A stretch of DNA of 64,000 bases from Eledone cirrhosa (GCA_964016885.1 OZ024741.1:80538001-80602000), one strand, 5' to 3'; numbered from the stretch's first letter, positions 24,345-38,491 are shown. Notes: generated from the sequence alone by a model not told the origin. Translations and numbers: made by a program.

Positions 24345-24695
24345 ACTCGGTTCCACATTGTAAACGTGGTTGATGTTTAGGAAGAACATCAAGCAGCCGA
24401 AACAGGGTCAAGTATGAATTAGGTATGATGTGGTCAACTGGCCAGACTAGCCTCGTATGCAGGACTACCCAGTCCCACACTGTAAACGTGGTTGGTGTTA
24501 GGAAGCGCATTCTTGCAGCTGTAAAATCCCAGCCAAAACGTGATCCCGTAAGTGCAAGGTCTGGCATGGCCAACTGGTAAGACCCTCCCCATAATTGGAA
24601 CGCGCAGTTCCACACTGTAAATGTGGTTGCTGTTAGGAAAGACATCTAGCAGCCGTAAGAACCTAGTCAAGGCATGGTCCTATATGAGCAAGAGT
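24345..24695 (+). repeat. Three diverged copies of the RTE 3'-UTR unit
   Basis: CCACA(C/T)TGTAAA(C/T)GTGGTTG.TGTTAGGAAG occurs three times (~24353, ~24476, ~24610). Confidence 0.65.
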
Positions 24696-24879
24696 AATGT
24701 GCCAGCTTCAGCAACTGTTGATCTGGGAGTTGCTCCAGGTGGAGTTGTTATTTCTCCAAATTGAAAGATCACAGCTCTGGGCATGTGATTTGAATGTTTA
24801 AGGAAAGATTTTGAGGACAAAGCCAACTGGCAGAAAACCCTGAGTAGACCATAGACAACATCCATTAGCTTGGTTGGTC

Positions 24880-26550
24880 TTGCTTGGGATTCAATTGAAT
24901 TAATTGGAGGCTGTCTATCCGTGATGACTTCCACCTCATGAAATATATCTTAGAGCAGGTCAGAAGTACACCTGACTTTGGTGGGGTACTGATGAATTTA
25001 GATCAGTCTGAAGTATTCAGCAGATTCAACCATTGCTACCTGGAGACACTCCTAAGAGCAGCTGGTTTTGGCCCTGTTTTCAGAAGCTGGGTTGTTACAT
25101 TCTCCAGTGGCTTGTGTTAGGTGGTCAAACTGAATGACCATTTATCAGAATCCTTCCATATCGAACACTTGGTCTGCTAGGGATGTCCTCTCTCCCCCAT
25201 CTTCTAAGTTTTGGCCTTGGAGTATGGAAATTTTGAGAGGAATACTACTTCAACTTCATCATAGGAGAACCATGACAGTATATGCATATGACATCATTGT
25301 CATGATGTCAGACACTTCAAATACGGAGACAGTTGGCATCATACTGGAAAAATATCAGCAGGTTACTAGAGCTTGCTTTAACCAGGACAAATCAGTGGGC
25401 CTGTAACATGACACATAAAGAGGTCGGCCCATGCCAGCTAGTGGAAATTTTTGCCATTGGACCAACAGTCCGTTTAAACTGCTTAGTGTCTGGTTTGGAT
25501 CAGATCTTTAGGTAGACAAGAAATGGGAGAAAGTCACAAAGTTGGGTGAGTGACATCTAGGGTGCTAGGTGTTCATGGCATTTTATCAGGTGATCAATGT
25601 CATAAGTAACCAGAAAACAACACTTGCATACTATAGAGGGTTACTAGAAGGTACAAATGACACTAGCCTGGGAGTGGCTCTGGGCATTGATGAGGACTGT
25701 CTGAATAAGCTCTTCTGGAGGAATTTCAGATTGGGGATTATGGAGAATTTCCAAAAATCCTTGGCATGACAGTGCTACAGAGGAACACTACCAGTTCATA
25801 GCAAGCTCTATTGAGACGGGCCTTCCAACAGCCGGACCTTCCAACAGCCGGACCTGTCTGTGATGTTGACAGTGCGATAAATCCATCCTGCATGCTATCA
25901 CCCAATGTATTGCAGAATTGTTTCTTTGTGTTGAACAACTGCTATCACAAGTAAGATAGATCTGCCTATCAGCCATGTCTATAGTGAGGATTGAACCACT
26001 ACCTATTTTAGAAGTGAGGTATAGCCAGTCTTCATCTGCCTGGTAGCTATGGTGAAGGAAGCTGTATTGTGGGCTCATCTAAAAGGGTTGAGGACGGGAA
26101 TCTTCCCTTCCAGCCAAGCCCTCATCAACTTCAAATTCCATTTGAAGAGGACGGGGAAAGTAGAGAGGGAGGTGCTGCCTTCTAGTTTGTTTTATGAAAT
26201 ATGGGTATGAGTGGTAAGAGTGATGAAGAGTAACTTTTCTAAGCACGAGTAAAGAAACTGGAAGAGGGCACTTTAAATGCTCGTTGGGCAACAGAATAAC
26301 CCGAGGTTTTGTGTGGGCTTTTCTCTAGAATTATCCTAAAGTGCTGTCTCCAACATTTGGGAAACTGGTTCTTATTGATATTTGTTAGTTTTCTATTATC
26401 ATGTATAATTATTACAATTTCTATTATTGTTATTCCTACTGTTTTCTCTTTGGTGATGTCCCCTTTCCTTTACTCGATATAAACCCCATTGTGTTGTTTT
26501 GGGCCTTATATTGTCTACAATACCTTGGGTCCCTGTGACCAATAAAAGAA
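24880..26550 (+). mobile_element. Degenerate Tx1/L1-clade LINE (RT and C-terminal remnant)
   Basis: Fragments LMNLDQSEVFSRFNHCYLETLLRAAGFGPVFRSW (cf. LDQSKAFDRV), GCPLSP and YAxDI; ends CCAATAAAAGAAA, like the copy at 49501. Confidence 0.7.
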
Positions 26551-26564
26551 ATCACTACCACCAT

Positions 26565-26987
26565 CACAATGAACAAAAGGCAAGCTGTATGATGCCTGCA
26601 TACAATGTTAGTGAGACATTGGAAGTGAATGTAGAGGATATGTGAAGGTTGGATAGAAATGAGTCAAGCATACTCTGATTGATGTGTAAGATTACAGTGA
26701 AACATAAATAACTTGAGAGAAAAACTGGGTACAAGAGGAATCCTGGTATGGATATGTGATGCATATAGATGATGGTCGTTGAGTGAGGAAGTGTCAAGAG
26801 ATCCCAGTGGAAGCTAAGCTGCACTAGATGGCCAATGGAAACTTGAGCATATGTAGTGATAGTCGATCTCAAAATGCTGAACCTCAGTGGAGATGACAAA
26901 GGAACAAACAAAAGGAGAGAGGGTGTGCTGGAGAGGACATGTCGAACCTATGCAAGCATGAAATATTGAACAATAATGATGATGATT
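26565..26987 (+). mobile_element. Old RTE LINE 3' remnant
   Basis: G.LYDACI..ETL.. and WYGYVM remnants, then CCTATGCAAGCATG..ATGATGATGAT tail. Confidence 0.65.
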
Positions 26988-27037
26988 AACAATAATATAT
27001 GTTATGAGATTTTTTTTTTTTTTTTTTTTTTTTTTAG

Positions 27038-27132
27038 GATTCACAGGTTTGGATATTTTAGAGATGGATTTGAAAGTGATATCAAAAAATGGTATAAATA
27101 TTGCCATGAGTTCCATAACAATACCCATTGAA
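27038..27132 (+). CDS. PRUNE: PRUNE exon (GFTGLDILEMDLKVISKNGINIAMSSITIPIE)
   Basis: poly-T ag / gtaagt, 95 nt, phase 1/0; start of DHHA2 (L..D.K, A.SS). Confidence 0.92.
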
Positions 27133-30100
27133 GTAAGTTGATGTTTTTGTTTAATCTTTAATTATTATTGTTTTGGTTAAGTCAGCTTTACCAATTTTAA
27201 TTATGATGTTATTACAGTTCACACCTTCATAGGTCTTCCCTGGCCTTCTATGAGGTTGCATTGAGAATTTTTAATAAGTGTTTCAGTTCAGTGTTAATGA
27301 TTCACTTTTAATTGCCAATTAAAATATTTTTCAATAGCATATTGATTTCTTACACAAATCTGCTGAAACAAATGAAGAATAATTTCTCTTAGAATAGTAA
27401 AATTTTATCTGGAACCTGCCCATCCCCTGACAAAAAAACAAAAACAAAACAAAAACGTATTGACTCATAAATAACTTCTAGTGACCCTGTGGTTCAATGA
27501 TTCTCAGCCCATCCTCTGTCATATCCCACCTGCCTCCCTCAGTTTGATGTATTTCACCATTTGTATTATTCCCACACAAAAAGAAAAAAAAAAATGCATA
27601 GACATCATATGGCAGAGAAAAAAAAATTATTATTGTTAAAGTTTTGTTTTACAGAATTCTAGAATTAACCTTTTCATTATATTTCTAATGAAAGACATAC
27701 CTATTATTTACAAATCATTTTGAAAATAACAATTTGGAAGCTTTTTCATTATTAAGCAGGTATTTGGAACATAACAGATGTTTTTACATAAAATTATGAT
27801 AGAAGTTTTTTAGATAAATAAACACTTTAAAATAAACAGCTTAGTATCATAGCACCAAGGGTATTTTCAACTGGTTTGGTATAAAAAAAAAATTAATACT
27901 TAAATCTCAGGTATGATATATTTACACCCTGAAATGAAAGAATGAAATTTACAAATCACATCTTTGTTGATTTAGCTGGCCACATATGAGGTTGTGTCTC
28001 ATAGGAAGTTTATTGTGCATTTTAATGATAGAAGGCTCAAATCCTATTGTGAAATCATGCAACGAAGTGTCTTACACAAGAACACAGCATACCACTCACC
28101 CCAGGAATCGAACCCACTTTCTTATGATCATGAATCCAATATCGTAACCACTAGTCCATGCACTTTTACTTGAACAAGAATACTTCACAGTACCACTGAT
28201 GTGGTATAAACCACTGATGATTTGACTAGTTATCTAACACACTATTAACTATATGTTTAATGAAAGACATTGCCTATTATGTTCAAATAAGTTTTTAATT
28301 AATTAAGAATTTAGAGTGATTTAGTAATATAACTAACTTCATCATTATTTATCAGGTGTTTAGAATATAACTTAAAGGTTCTTAGAATTATGATGTTGTC
28401 CTTAGATAAGGTAGATAATTCTGCTTCTCTGAGAAATACATACTATATAGTTGATTAATACATGATGAGAAGAGCATTCAGCTACAAAAACGTTTTTTTT
28501 TACTGTTTAGTCAAAGAGGGAAGGGCAGTGCTCATTATCCTTTTCAGAGCATCTATGACTAGTGGGAGGGAGGAAGATATCTCGAAATGAAGATTTGGTC
28601 CAAATGCTTACAAGAGAGGGGGTTCTGTAACAAACACCCAAGAATCAACGTGGTGGTGTTGAACTGGGAAATGAATTAAGTCTACCATCCAAATAGATTA
28701 TAGTGGTATTTCTACTCACAAAGTAAGACCAACACCATAAGGTATCTCATCTAACTCTCTAACAATTTTGCCAACCAACCACAATGGATTGGTATATTAT
28801 TTTATCGATCCTATAAGGATGAAATGCAAAGTTAACCTTGGTAAAATCTGAACTTGTCATTTAGAGAATCAGAACAAATACCACAAAGTATTTTGTCCCA
28901 TGCTTTCATTCTGCCAACTCATCAACAATATCAAAATGTTCAAATTTACAATTTACACTGTTAAGAAACAGTGTTGTGTCAAAACAGCTATCTTAGCCAC
29001 TTGATAAATATGGATCGATAAAATAGTTATCTGATTGAAATAAGTACTGGGGTTAATATGGTTGACTTGAAATTGGTGTCCCAGCATAGCTGCAGTTCAA
29101 TGATTGAAAGCATCAAAAGAATAAAAGCATTTGAGACATTACAAACTGATAACCATAAATTCTAAAATTAGAACATATCTTCTTTAATCCTTCTAATCCT
29201 GGTTAAGATATCAATAATTAAGTGAATATTCTATTTGAGCCATTTTCAGGTACTAAATTTTCAGAATGTGAATAAATCTTAGTAAAGTTAGTTTTTGGCA
29301 GTATTGGTAGATTGTCAGACAATATACTTTGTAACATGTAGTTGCATCACTTTACATTCTGAGTTCAAATCCTGCCAAGGTTAGCTTTGTCTGTCATTCT
29401 TAGAGTGTCAATAAAATAAAATACCAGTAACACACAGGGATTGATTTAATTGACTTTCTCTTCCCCAAAATTGTTGGCCTTGTGCCTAAATCAGAAACCA
29501 TTTTAATATAAGACACCATTATTATTAGTTCCACAATAAAATTTGCTCAGCCCACATTGTGCCATAATAAAATGCATTCAACACCCTCTGTAAGGTGATA
29601 GTGCTAATAAAAACCTTAAAAAACCCCCAAAAACCCAGTCTATCTTGTCAGATGATAGTGGTTTTAATGAGAGAAAATGAACCTGGTACACACTGTGAAG
29701 TGGTTGACATTAATGGTACATATGAGCAAGACATAGTTATCTGACATGCGTGTTTAACTTTAAAATGTTACAACCCATCTAACTTATGCAAGCATGGACA
29801 ATAGACATATAACAATAGTGATGATGGTGACAATGATTTATTCAGACTAGTGTCCTAACCTTGGCAGTTATAATTCTTCCAGCCATTCTCAGTATATTCT
29901 ATTCAGTAATGTTTTCAAAATTTAAAGCTGATAATATAGGGGTAGAATGTTCTCATTATGTTGTGCATGCTCAAGGTATCTTCATATTAGTTAGTTATTT
30001 GTGGTGTCAATTGTTCAGTCTGCTTAGCTTTGAAACTAGCCATAGTTTTGATACAACACTGCCCATTTTAAAGTGTTCATACTTAAGTGATGTTCCAGGC

Positions 30101-30480
30101 ATCTGCATAATAATGAAAAAGTTATTTTATAAAATTCAATTTTTTTTAAATTTTCAAAATTAATAGAAATAGACAGGCAGTGTATTTCAAAAGAATGTGT
30201 GTGTGTATATATATAAACACACGCACGCACGCACGCACGCACGCACACACGCACGCACACACGCACGCACACACGCGCACGCACACACGCACACACACGC
30301 ACACACACGCGCACGCACACACACTCTCTCTCTCTCTCTCCAAGGGACCGAACAAATCTAACACTTATTCAATAATTACATTGACTCTGCTATTTTCCAG
30401 TAAACTTAACTTTTTAAAATAGTAATTTAACTTTACTGACAGGGCTTAGTATATTAACCTAATTTCCTTTATAATTCTAG

Positions 30481-30639
30481 GATCTCATCAAAATGGAAAA
30501 TTTTGAAACCAGTTTATATAAATTATCAGAATTACATGATGCTAAAGCTGTTGTTATAATGTGCATGTTTATGCTAAATAAAGACACTGTAAAACGAAAT
30601 CTTGCTGTTTTCTCAATGTTTAAACCAATACTTGATAAG
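30481..30639 (+). CDS. PRUNE: PRUNE exon (DLIKMENFETSLYKLSELHDAKAVVIMCMFMLNKDTVKRNLAVFSMFKPILDK)
   Basis: ataattctag / gtaagt, 159 nt, phase 0/0; DHHA2 pattern VVIM...R.LAVFS. Confidence 0.92.
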
Positions 30640-31500
30640 GTAAGTTTTATTCTTCTCTAAATATTTGTGATTATTTTAGTTTGTTTACCTGTAGTTATGT
30701 TGCAGAAATTTGTATTAAAAAACAAGATCTACAGCAACTGGAGAAAGTCACCCTTCCCTGAAAATTGGTTATTCTTTCCCCCTGTCTGCAATACATAAGG
30801 GCACTATCTGAACTCTAAAGGATGTCACACAATATGAGTGGCAATCTTTCTAGTCTCAGAGGGTTTGAAAAAGCTATGTGCACTGCCCCTTTCTCTTGAC
30901 CTGCTAGTAAAAAAACAAAACAAAAACAAAAACAATCTGTGCTACTTGGAACCTTGGTCTTCAAATCTCTATATGATGCTTTGATAGTAATAGGAAATCC
31001 TTTGCTTGCATGTAAAGCAAACTGCAGTATTGTCACAGATTCAGACAAAAGCGGTCACAGTATCTTCTCAAACTCAGAATATAACAGTTCACTTTATACA
31101 CACTGACAGAGAAACAGGTAAAACATTAATTCACTCAAGTATTCATTCACTCAAGCCATTGTATCCCTGTTGTCTACATTGTCTATATTACACTCTAGTC
31201 TGTGTTACATTGTCTGTGTTACACTGTTGTCTGTGTAACATTCTTGTCTGTGTTACACTCCAGTTTGTGTTATATTATAGTTATTGTGACGAGAAAATGG
31301 TGTGATGAAGTCAGCTTGCCATCACCATCAAACTCCATTTTCTTTTGAAAAATCATGAAATATAGGTAAAAGTGTAAACTGTTGTTTTGTTTGTTTTATT
31401 TTACTCCCATTTCCAATTTGACTGCATGGACTTTCCCCTAATAATCCTAACCATAAATTTTACAATTTTTCAAATAAACTCAACTTTTATTTCTTTTTAG

Positions 31501-31664
31501 ATAGTGGATGTGTTGTGTAGCAGCAGTGAGCCATCTTTGAACCTTGAAAGAATTCCATATGAGTCATCAAATCTAACTCTATTTTCACAAAAGAATGTGA
31601 TAGTTTCCCGTAAAAAAGTGCTTCCTATACTAAAATCTCTTATCTCTAATGAGGATTTTTCTAG
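31501..31664 (+). CDS. PRUNE: PRUNE exon (IVDVLCSSSEPSLNLE...FSQKNVIVSRKKVLPILKSLISNEDFS)
   Basis: ttctttttag / gtaaga, 164 nt, phase 0/2; the DHHA2-terminal SRKK.LP substrate-binding motif. Confidence 0.95.
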
Positions 31665-32020
31665 GTAAGATTACTACTACTGGTTGAGCATGAATATTGT
31701 TCTTTTCATAAAACTAAAATTAACTAAATGATAAAAATTGTTTTTTCTAAATTGGAATTAGTGACTTATGTTAATTGTCATTACATTTTTTATTTTCTTC
31801 CAATGTTGATGTAAACATTTTTTGGATAAATAAATTTGATACTGAAGGGAAGCATTGTGTAAAGTTTAATTATTTTCTTATTATCATCATCATTTTATGG
31901 TTGCTTTTTCATGCTGGCATGGGATGGATGAGTCTTTTCCAGCACCACAGCCTTCCACTTGTTGCAGTTATGCAGCTGGCCTTTTGTTCATAGAAAGAAA
32001 CCTTCTGTTGTCAAAGAAGT

Positions 32021-32051
<31 letters not shown>

Positions 32052-33439
32052 GAATTGCCTCAATTTATTTGTATTACAAAAGTAACTTTCAAATGAAAAA
32101 TGTGAAACATGAGGTAATTTGACCTCTGTTGGCATCGACAATGAATGCTGCAATTGTTTGACTAATAGTCTAACCCATGCTAGCGTGGAAGATGGACGTT
32201 AAACGAAGATGATGATGATGATGAATGACCTAATTGTTTACATAATGAGTATTTCACAGGCAGTTGTCCTTAACATAATTCTCAGTGAAACTCAGCATGA
32301 CACATTGTGTGATAAAGTTGGCCCTTTGAAGTACAGGTACAGTCTATCCTGTACAATAATGTAAGTGGCTGAATTTTCTGTAGACTCTTGTACCCTTAAC
32401 TCTTAGTATTTTGTATTACATGAAATCACACTAGCAAGACATTTCTGAAAAGTACAAAATCGCACTATTACTGCACTACATTAAGTCTTTACCCTAATAC
32501 GGCAAATATTCCCTAGAATATGTCCAGTAGCTAAGATACTATAAGCATTTAAATTAACAAATCCATTTGTAGATATTTTCTGCTAAATCATTATAGAATT
32601 TTAAAAGTTAGTGTAATTTGTAATGAGATTCAGCAGGGCACATTGTGGGATTATGCTAGCCTTTTAAATTACTAGTACAGTCCATCTGGCAGGCTCCCAA
32701 ACAGTTTCCATTTATCCAGTTTCACTCATAAAGCTTTGGTTGACATCTTGCTATTGTAAAAGACACTCACTCAAGATTTTACTCATTCAGATTGAAATCA
32801 GTACCTCATGATTGGGAAGTGAAATTCTTCACCATTCAGCCATGCTGCATCCTACCAATGGAAATATGTTATTTTATATATTGATGTTTTAAACAAAATC
32901 CCCTTAATAATAAGAGTCTGTATTTTAAAGAGATTAATCAACAGATATTATGGCAAGATTTTATGGGCAGCTGATTGGCTGAATAGTTACTGCATTGATC
33001 AAATGTTTTGTCTTATTAGTTCTGATTGTTTACATCTTGAGTTCAAATCCTGCTGAGGTCAAATTTGCCTTTCAGCATTTCATGGTCATAAAAGAAATGT
33101 ATCGGTCAAGTAATGGGGTTAATATAATAAAGTTTGTCCTCCACCTCCCCAAATTACTGGCTTTGTACTTAAATTAGAAACCATTGTTATGACAAAATTC
33201 CAACAACACTCTTCAGTGCTAGCACCATGATAAAATGCATGGCACAATCTGTAGAGTACAGCAAGGTGAGTTCCTAGCTCATCTGAGACATCTTTGATTC
33301 CAATTAAATACTAACTTGGTCTGTGACAATCTGTCCAACCTTTACTAGCAGGGAAAACCAACATTAAATGATGATGATGATGATACATACAAATACATTC
33401 TTGACTTCTAAATTTTTATTATATTGATTTGTATTTTAG

Positions 33440-33480
33440 GAATCTGTACAGAATGTTTAAAAACTTCATTGTCTGATAAA
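33440..33480 (+). other. Candidate 41-nt cassette exon with an in-frame stop (RNLYRMFKNFIV*)
   Basis: gtattttag acceptor and gtaaga donor. With the incoming phase 2 it reaches TGA at 33474-33476. No transcript evidence. Confidence 0.35.
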
Positions 33481-34218
33481 GTAAGAATTGAACCTCAGCA
33501 TATCTAAATAAATATTTTAATTAAACTATTAATAAAACTCCAATATGGGAAGAATAGATTTCAGTTTTAGTACTTAGTTACCTCTACAAAATATCCAAAT
33601 AATTACTTAATTTGTCTTGTCATATTCCTTCCTCTTTTAACACCCTGAACACCCCCTTCACCTAATTGCACTATCTATGTTATGATTGTTTTCAAAGACT
33701 ATGTAGAATGGAGAAGACTTATTAGCCTTTCAAGACAACTTCTCTAGTGTTACTGCCCCAATTAATGCACCCAGTACCCTCAGTAAAGTAGTTGGTGACC
33801 AAATAGAGACAATGTAAAGTAGAGAGGAATCTGCAGTTGTGTTGAGGACACGATAACCTCTCTTGCCATGCTGGAGTAAAATGCATCCAGTACAGGCTGT
33901 AAAGTGATTGCTGTTAGGAAGCCTTGTCAAAAATGGAATATACAAGCAAAACATAGTCATCTGAACCATCTAGGAGGGCAGTAAATCCAAATAAAGACTT
34001 GGACTGCACTGACTCTCCAACCCATGCCAGCATGGAAAACAAATGTATAATAATGATAATGATGTCATAGTGTCTGTTATTTGCAATAGTCTAAAGGCAA
34101 AAACAAAAGTAAATAAACATGCATGTAAATTGTTTTAATCAACTATTTTAGATACATGTAATTAAATTGTTAATTCGTTCTGTTTTTCTCTCTTTTTTTC
34201 TTTTTACTTTTACTTCAG

Positions 34219-36703
34219 ACTTTTTGAAAATCCAGACCAAATCAGTTGTGCTAGGCAGGATAGTGAATCAGCTTCTGGTGGCATTGCTGGAATAATTGAA
34301 GATAATATGAAGCATGGGAATAAATATAGTGATAGTGCCTCATCATTAAGTGGCACTTCTATGAGTGGCACTGACACATCTACTGAAATGTTTGAGACTT
34401 ACAGCCCTACTACAAATATAGATCAATCTGCTATGCAAATTGATAATGCTGTTTTCATATCTAAAATGCAAACAAAACCTGATGCTGCTGACCAAAATAA
34501 TTCTCACATTGTGTTAGCAAATGTAGATAATTCACTCAATCATAGTGAGTTCAATTCCACAATTGATAACATGCATTTTTTAAATAAGCAACATAATGTT
34601 GACAATATTGTTTGTATAACGACAGGCCAACCCCTTATCACTGTCGGAATTGAGAAAGCAATAGTGCATCCTGGAGCATCTTCTGGTATTGCAAGTCCAA
34701 TGGAGATTGTATCAGACCAAACTTCAGAACAAGGCTCAAGTTATCCTGTAACACCACCAAATAGCTTCATGGACTCTAATTTTGGAAGTTATATGAAAGA
34801 TTATCATTTACCCAGTTTCAATAGTGCTGAGATGGTGAAGAGAATCAATGATAAAAAAGCTTCTCTTCATCCTTATGAGGAAATAGAAGTTTGTGGAAAC
34901 AACCTTAAGAATCCTTCTTCAAATTTTCCATATACACCTCAGAACAGCTTTGTTGAAAGTGAATTTGATAGTAGTTTTGCTAAATCAATAACTCCTGATA
35001 GTATTGAAGATATTTTAGGAAAAATTGATGAAGCAAACCATCATTCTAGAGCTGCTATCAACCCTGATTATGCAAAGCGGTCCAACGGAGAGAACATTGG
35101 TTTTCATTGTTGTTCTGATTTTGAAACTGAAACAGTTAGTGAACATGTAGATAAGGACAATATTGTAGATGTTGCTTATTCGTTGGCACATGAAATTATT
35201 CAGAACTCACTGGAAACATACCCTTATAAAGACAAATTAAATGAAAATTTACACATTGAAGAAAAAAAATTAACTCCCCTTGTTAAATCTCATAGTGAAG
35301 GAACAACTATAGATTTGTCAATTAAAAGTGAATGTCCTAAATCTCAGAGTGACGTTATAAATTTGTCAAATGTTCTTGAAACAGAATATGCCAGGCAGTT
35401 TGATCCATTTAATGGCACATTAGAATACTCTCATTTCTCATTAGATTTTGCTGATTACATGGCAAAACGAGGAGTCACAGAAAGTGATTCAAAAATCAGT
35501 TGGGGGTCATACTCTGATGATATTACACTAAGTTCAGAGAGCACGAAATCTGAGGATGGACTCGAAGTAAAAAAATCTGAATCCTGTGATGACAAAGATA
35601 AAATTGTAAATGATAGTAAAATAACAAGCTCCAATTCATTACCTGAAGTATCGTTACAAAATTATCCTAAAATCATTAAACCTCCAGAAAGTATTCTAAG
35701 CAGTATAGATGACAATCTGTCTGAATTAACAATGGTATCTCCTACAAAAAGCAATCTTGCTCATGACATTTCCACCAGTGATATGGAAGCAGACTTGGCT
35801 ATCGAAGATGATTCTGACACTGAAGATGGTGAGAAAGATTTTGCCGCCCAATTAAGGGAAAAATTAACTCAAATAGGCAGCAATAATGAGATAAATTTTC
35901 ATGGGCTCCAACACGAAGGTATTTTTTCGCCAGAAGAATTAAAGTCTGGAATCCAGAGGATGACTAATTTAAAAAGCTCTGATTTAAATCAAATTGCTAA
36001 TTTTTCTGCTGAAGATTTACGTGAAAAACTCGAAAGGATTGCACTTGATGAAAATGGTGCTGTTGGGGGGTTGAGAGACTTTAATGTGTATGACAGTGAT
36101 TCAGATTCTGAAACTAGTTTAACTACTATAGAGGGCAACTGTCATGCAAATGAATCTGCCAGTCTTTCTCCAAGACCTTTAAGTAGTGGTTTGATGGAAA
36201 TCATTGAAGAAAATGAAGAGGAGGAGGAAGTTGAAGAACATTGTGAAGAAAATATTTCAAAAACTTCTGAATCCTTAAAGTCATTCCAAAATGGAAACAT
36301 GTCACTATTTAATAAAACACCTTTGCAAGATAATTCTTTAAGTTCTCAAGGAAATGTAGAAACTTCTCTACCATCTGAAGCTAATGTCGGGAAAATTTGT
36401 CAAAATCGAATAAATAGTCTTAAACCTGAACCAGTAGTTCTCCGAAGACATGGAAACAAAGAGGTATTTCACACGACAGCTGGAAGGATTAGTATTTCTA
36501 TAGACAGTACCCTTGGTGATGCTGCTTCATCACTAAACATCGACAGAGAAAATCCGGAAGAAATTGGTATTTTGGATTACAAACAGACACATCGTGAGGT
36601 AGGAGAAATCTTGGCTCGCGTTAAAAGCGCCATTATGTGTGCAGATGCTGAGCTTATGTTGTCGTCTTCGTCCTTATGTACTGGTGTGGATGCTTGCTTG
36701 CAG
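34219..36703 (+). CDS. PRUNE: PRUNE giant exon encoding an ~830-aa acidic, Ser-rich disordered tail
   Basis: Long polypyrimidine tract plus cag at 34218. Phase 2 joins the 31664 donor in frame (R-LFENPDQ..). Open for 2.5 kb in AT-rich DNA; donor CAG|gtaaac at 36704 (the ORF otherwise stops at 36787). Contains TPxNS motifs like the PRUNE1 C-terminus. Confidence 0.88.
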
Positions 36704-37574
36704 GTAAACAGCTTATCGTTGAGTTCATTTGGTTGTTTTTGCTCCACTTTTCCAATCTTGTGCATTAAAATTTTTAGATTTATTTAGTTTTAGTTTTCCT
36801 TTTAGTTTCTTTAAAGAAATCATTATTAATATTTAAAAAGGTTGATGGATTGGCAAAATCATCAGAGCATCAGACAAATGTTTTGTGGTGTTTGTTTATG
36901 TTCTGAGTTGAAACCCTGCCGAGGTCAACTTTGTTTTTCATTGTTCCTGAGTTGACAAAATAAAATATCAGTTATATACTAGGGTTGATATAATTGACTT
37001 TCTTCTGCCCCAAATTGCTGGCCTTGTGCTAATTTTAAAAATAATTAATATTTAAAAGATAAAATTTTAGATGAAGATTAAAAAAACTTCAAATGGCGAA
37101 AATTATTTAAAGTGCAATAGTTATACTATTTATCTAATATTGATCCTGCTTAGATTAGCTGTTACTGCTTCCATATAGATATTGGAAGTGTCAGATCTAC
37201 ATTTGGTGCTCTGAAGTTTGAACAATTAAGGAGATCCTATTGCAACTAGCTGCAATAGGGCAACTGTTGCTTCTGGGGTTAAGGGCCCTGAGGTTTGAAC
37301 AGTTATGGAAACTCCTTTTCAGTGAGTGACAAAAGGTCAACAAGGATTAAGAGCCCTGAAGTTTAAGTTTCATTAGTTTCATATTAGATCTGCCACTGGA
37401 TACTCATCATCATCATTTTATGTCTTGTCCATGCTGGCATGAGTTGGATGGGTCATGGCCCAAGACAAAATGGGTTGGATAACCACATCTTCCTGATATG
37501 TTCCATAAACCAGTTGGGATATTGAAAGCATTAACTGTTGATATTTACATAACATACTATTCAGCTAATCTCTC

Positions 37575-37790
37575 TATATATAATGTTTAATATAGAAATG
37601 GCTTTTACATGATTAGAACTGTTTCGTTCGAAGGAAATCATCAGGAAAGCCAACTGTCATTTTGATATGGTGGTATTTATACGTATAACTACCAACATAC
37701 CAAAATGACAGTTGGCTTTCCTGATGATTTCCTTCGAATGAAACAGTTCTAGTCCTTTAGAAGCCATTTTTATGTTAAACATTGTACATA
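37575..37790. repeat. ~216-bp near-perfect palindrome with a CTGATGA..GAAAC core in each arm (probable inverted Penelope pLTR relic)
   Basis: Arms mirror about TATAC|GTATA (37682/37683); e.g. GAAGGAAATCATCAGGAAAGCCAACTGTCATTTTG versus its exact reverse complement. Confidence 0.85.
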
Positions 37791-37853
37791 CTCTATGTAT
37801 TGAGTACCTTGCTTACTGTGGTTACCCCTGATTGAACCCAGGATACACATATC

Positions 37854-37886
<33 letters not shown>

Positions 37887-38355
37887 TGGCAAGCTTTATC
37901 AATTTAGCTGTTTTGATTTGTCTAAATATAGTAAAGAATTATAGTTATATTTTTCCCTACAATGGCAGTAACATTCAGTGAAAAAGATAGCTTCATATCA
38001 CTGGTACTAAGAAGAATTTGTTTTGAAACTAAAACTAATGTTGCCATAAGAAATTTGTACAGGCAACCTATGTTAGTATAACTAAAAAAACATTTCTTTT
38101 TTCATATAATTTAATATCAAAAATCAAATTTTTTTTTTTCACAAGAATTTTGAAAGAATATTTTCAAGTTTATTTGATTTCAAAATTATTTTTAGATTTA
38201 TAAAAATCTTCAAAGTCATTTTAAATTTAAAATAGTTTAAATGTGATGAAAAAAAATGACATTTTAATCCCAGAAGTATCTTTCATAAAGTATTTTCATG
38301 TATTCTATACATTCCATAAATACTTTAAAAGAAAATCAATTTCACTGTATATGCA

Positions 38356-38405
<50 letters not shown>

Positions 38406-38491
38406 TAGACACACACACGCATACATATATGCATACGTACATATGTATGTGTGCGCGTGTATATATATATATATGCCGGTATACTTATGTA

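Noticed and set aside
34307-36787. 826-aa ORF as a standalone single-exon gene
   Set aside because: The frame is open upstream to a strong acceptor at 34218 whose phase matches the preceding PRUNE exon, so it is better explained as an internal PRUNE exon.
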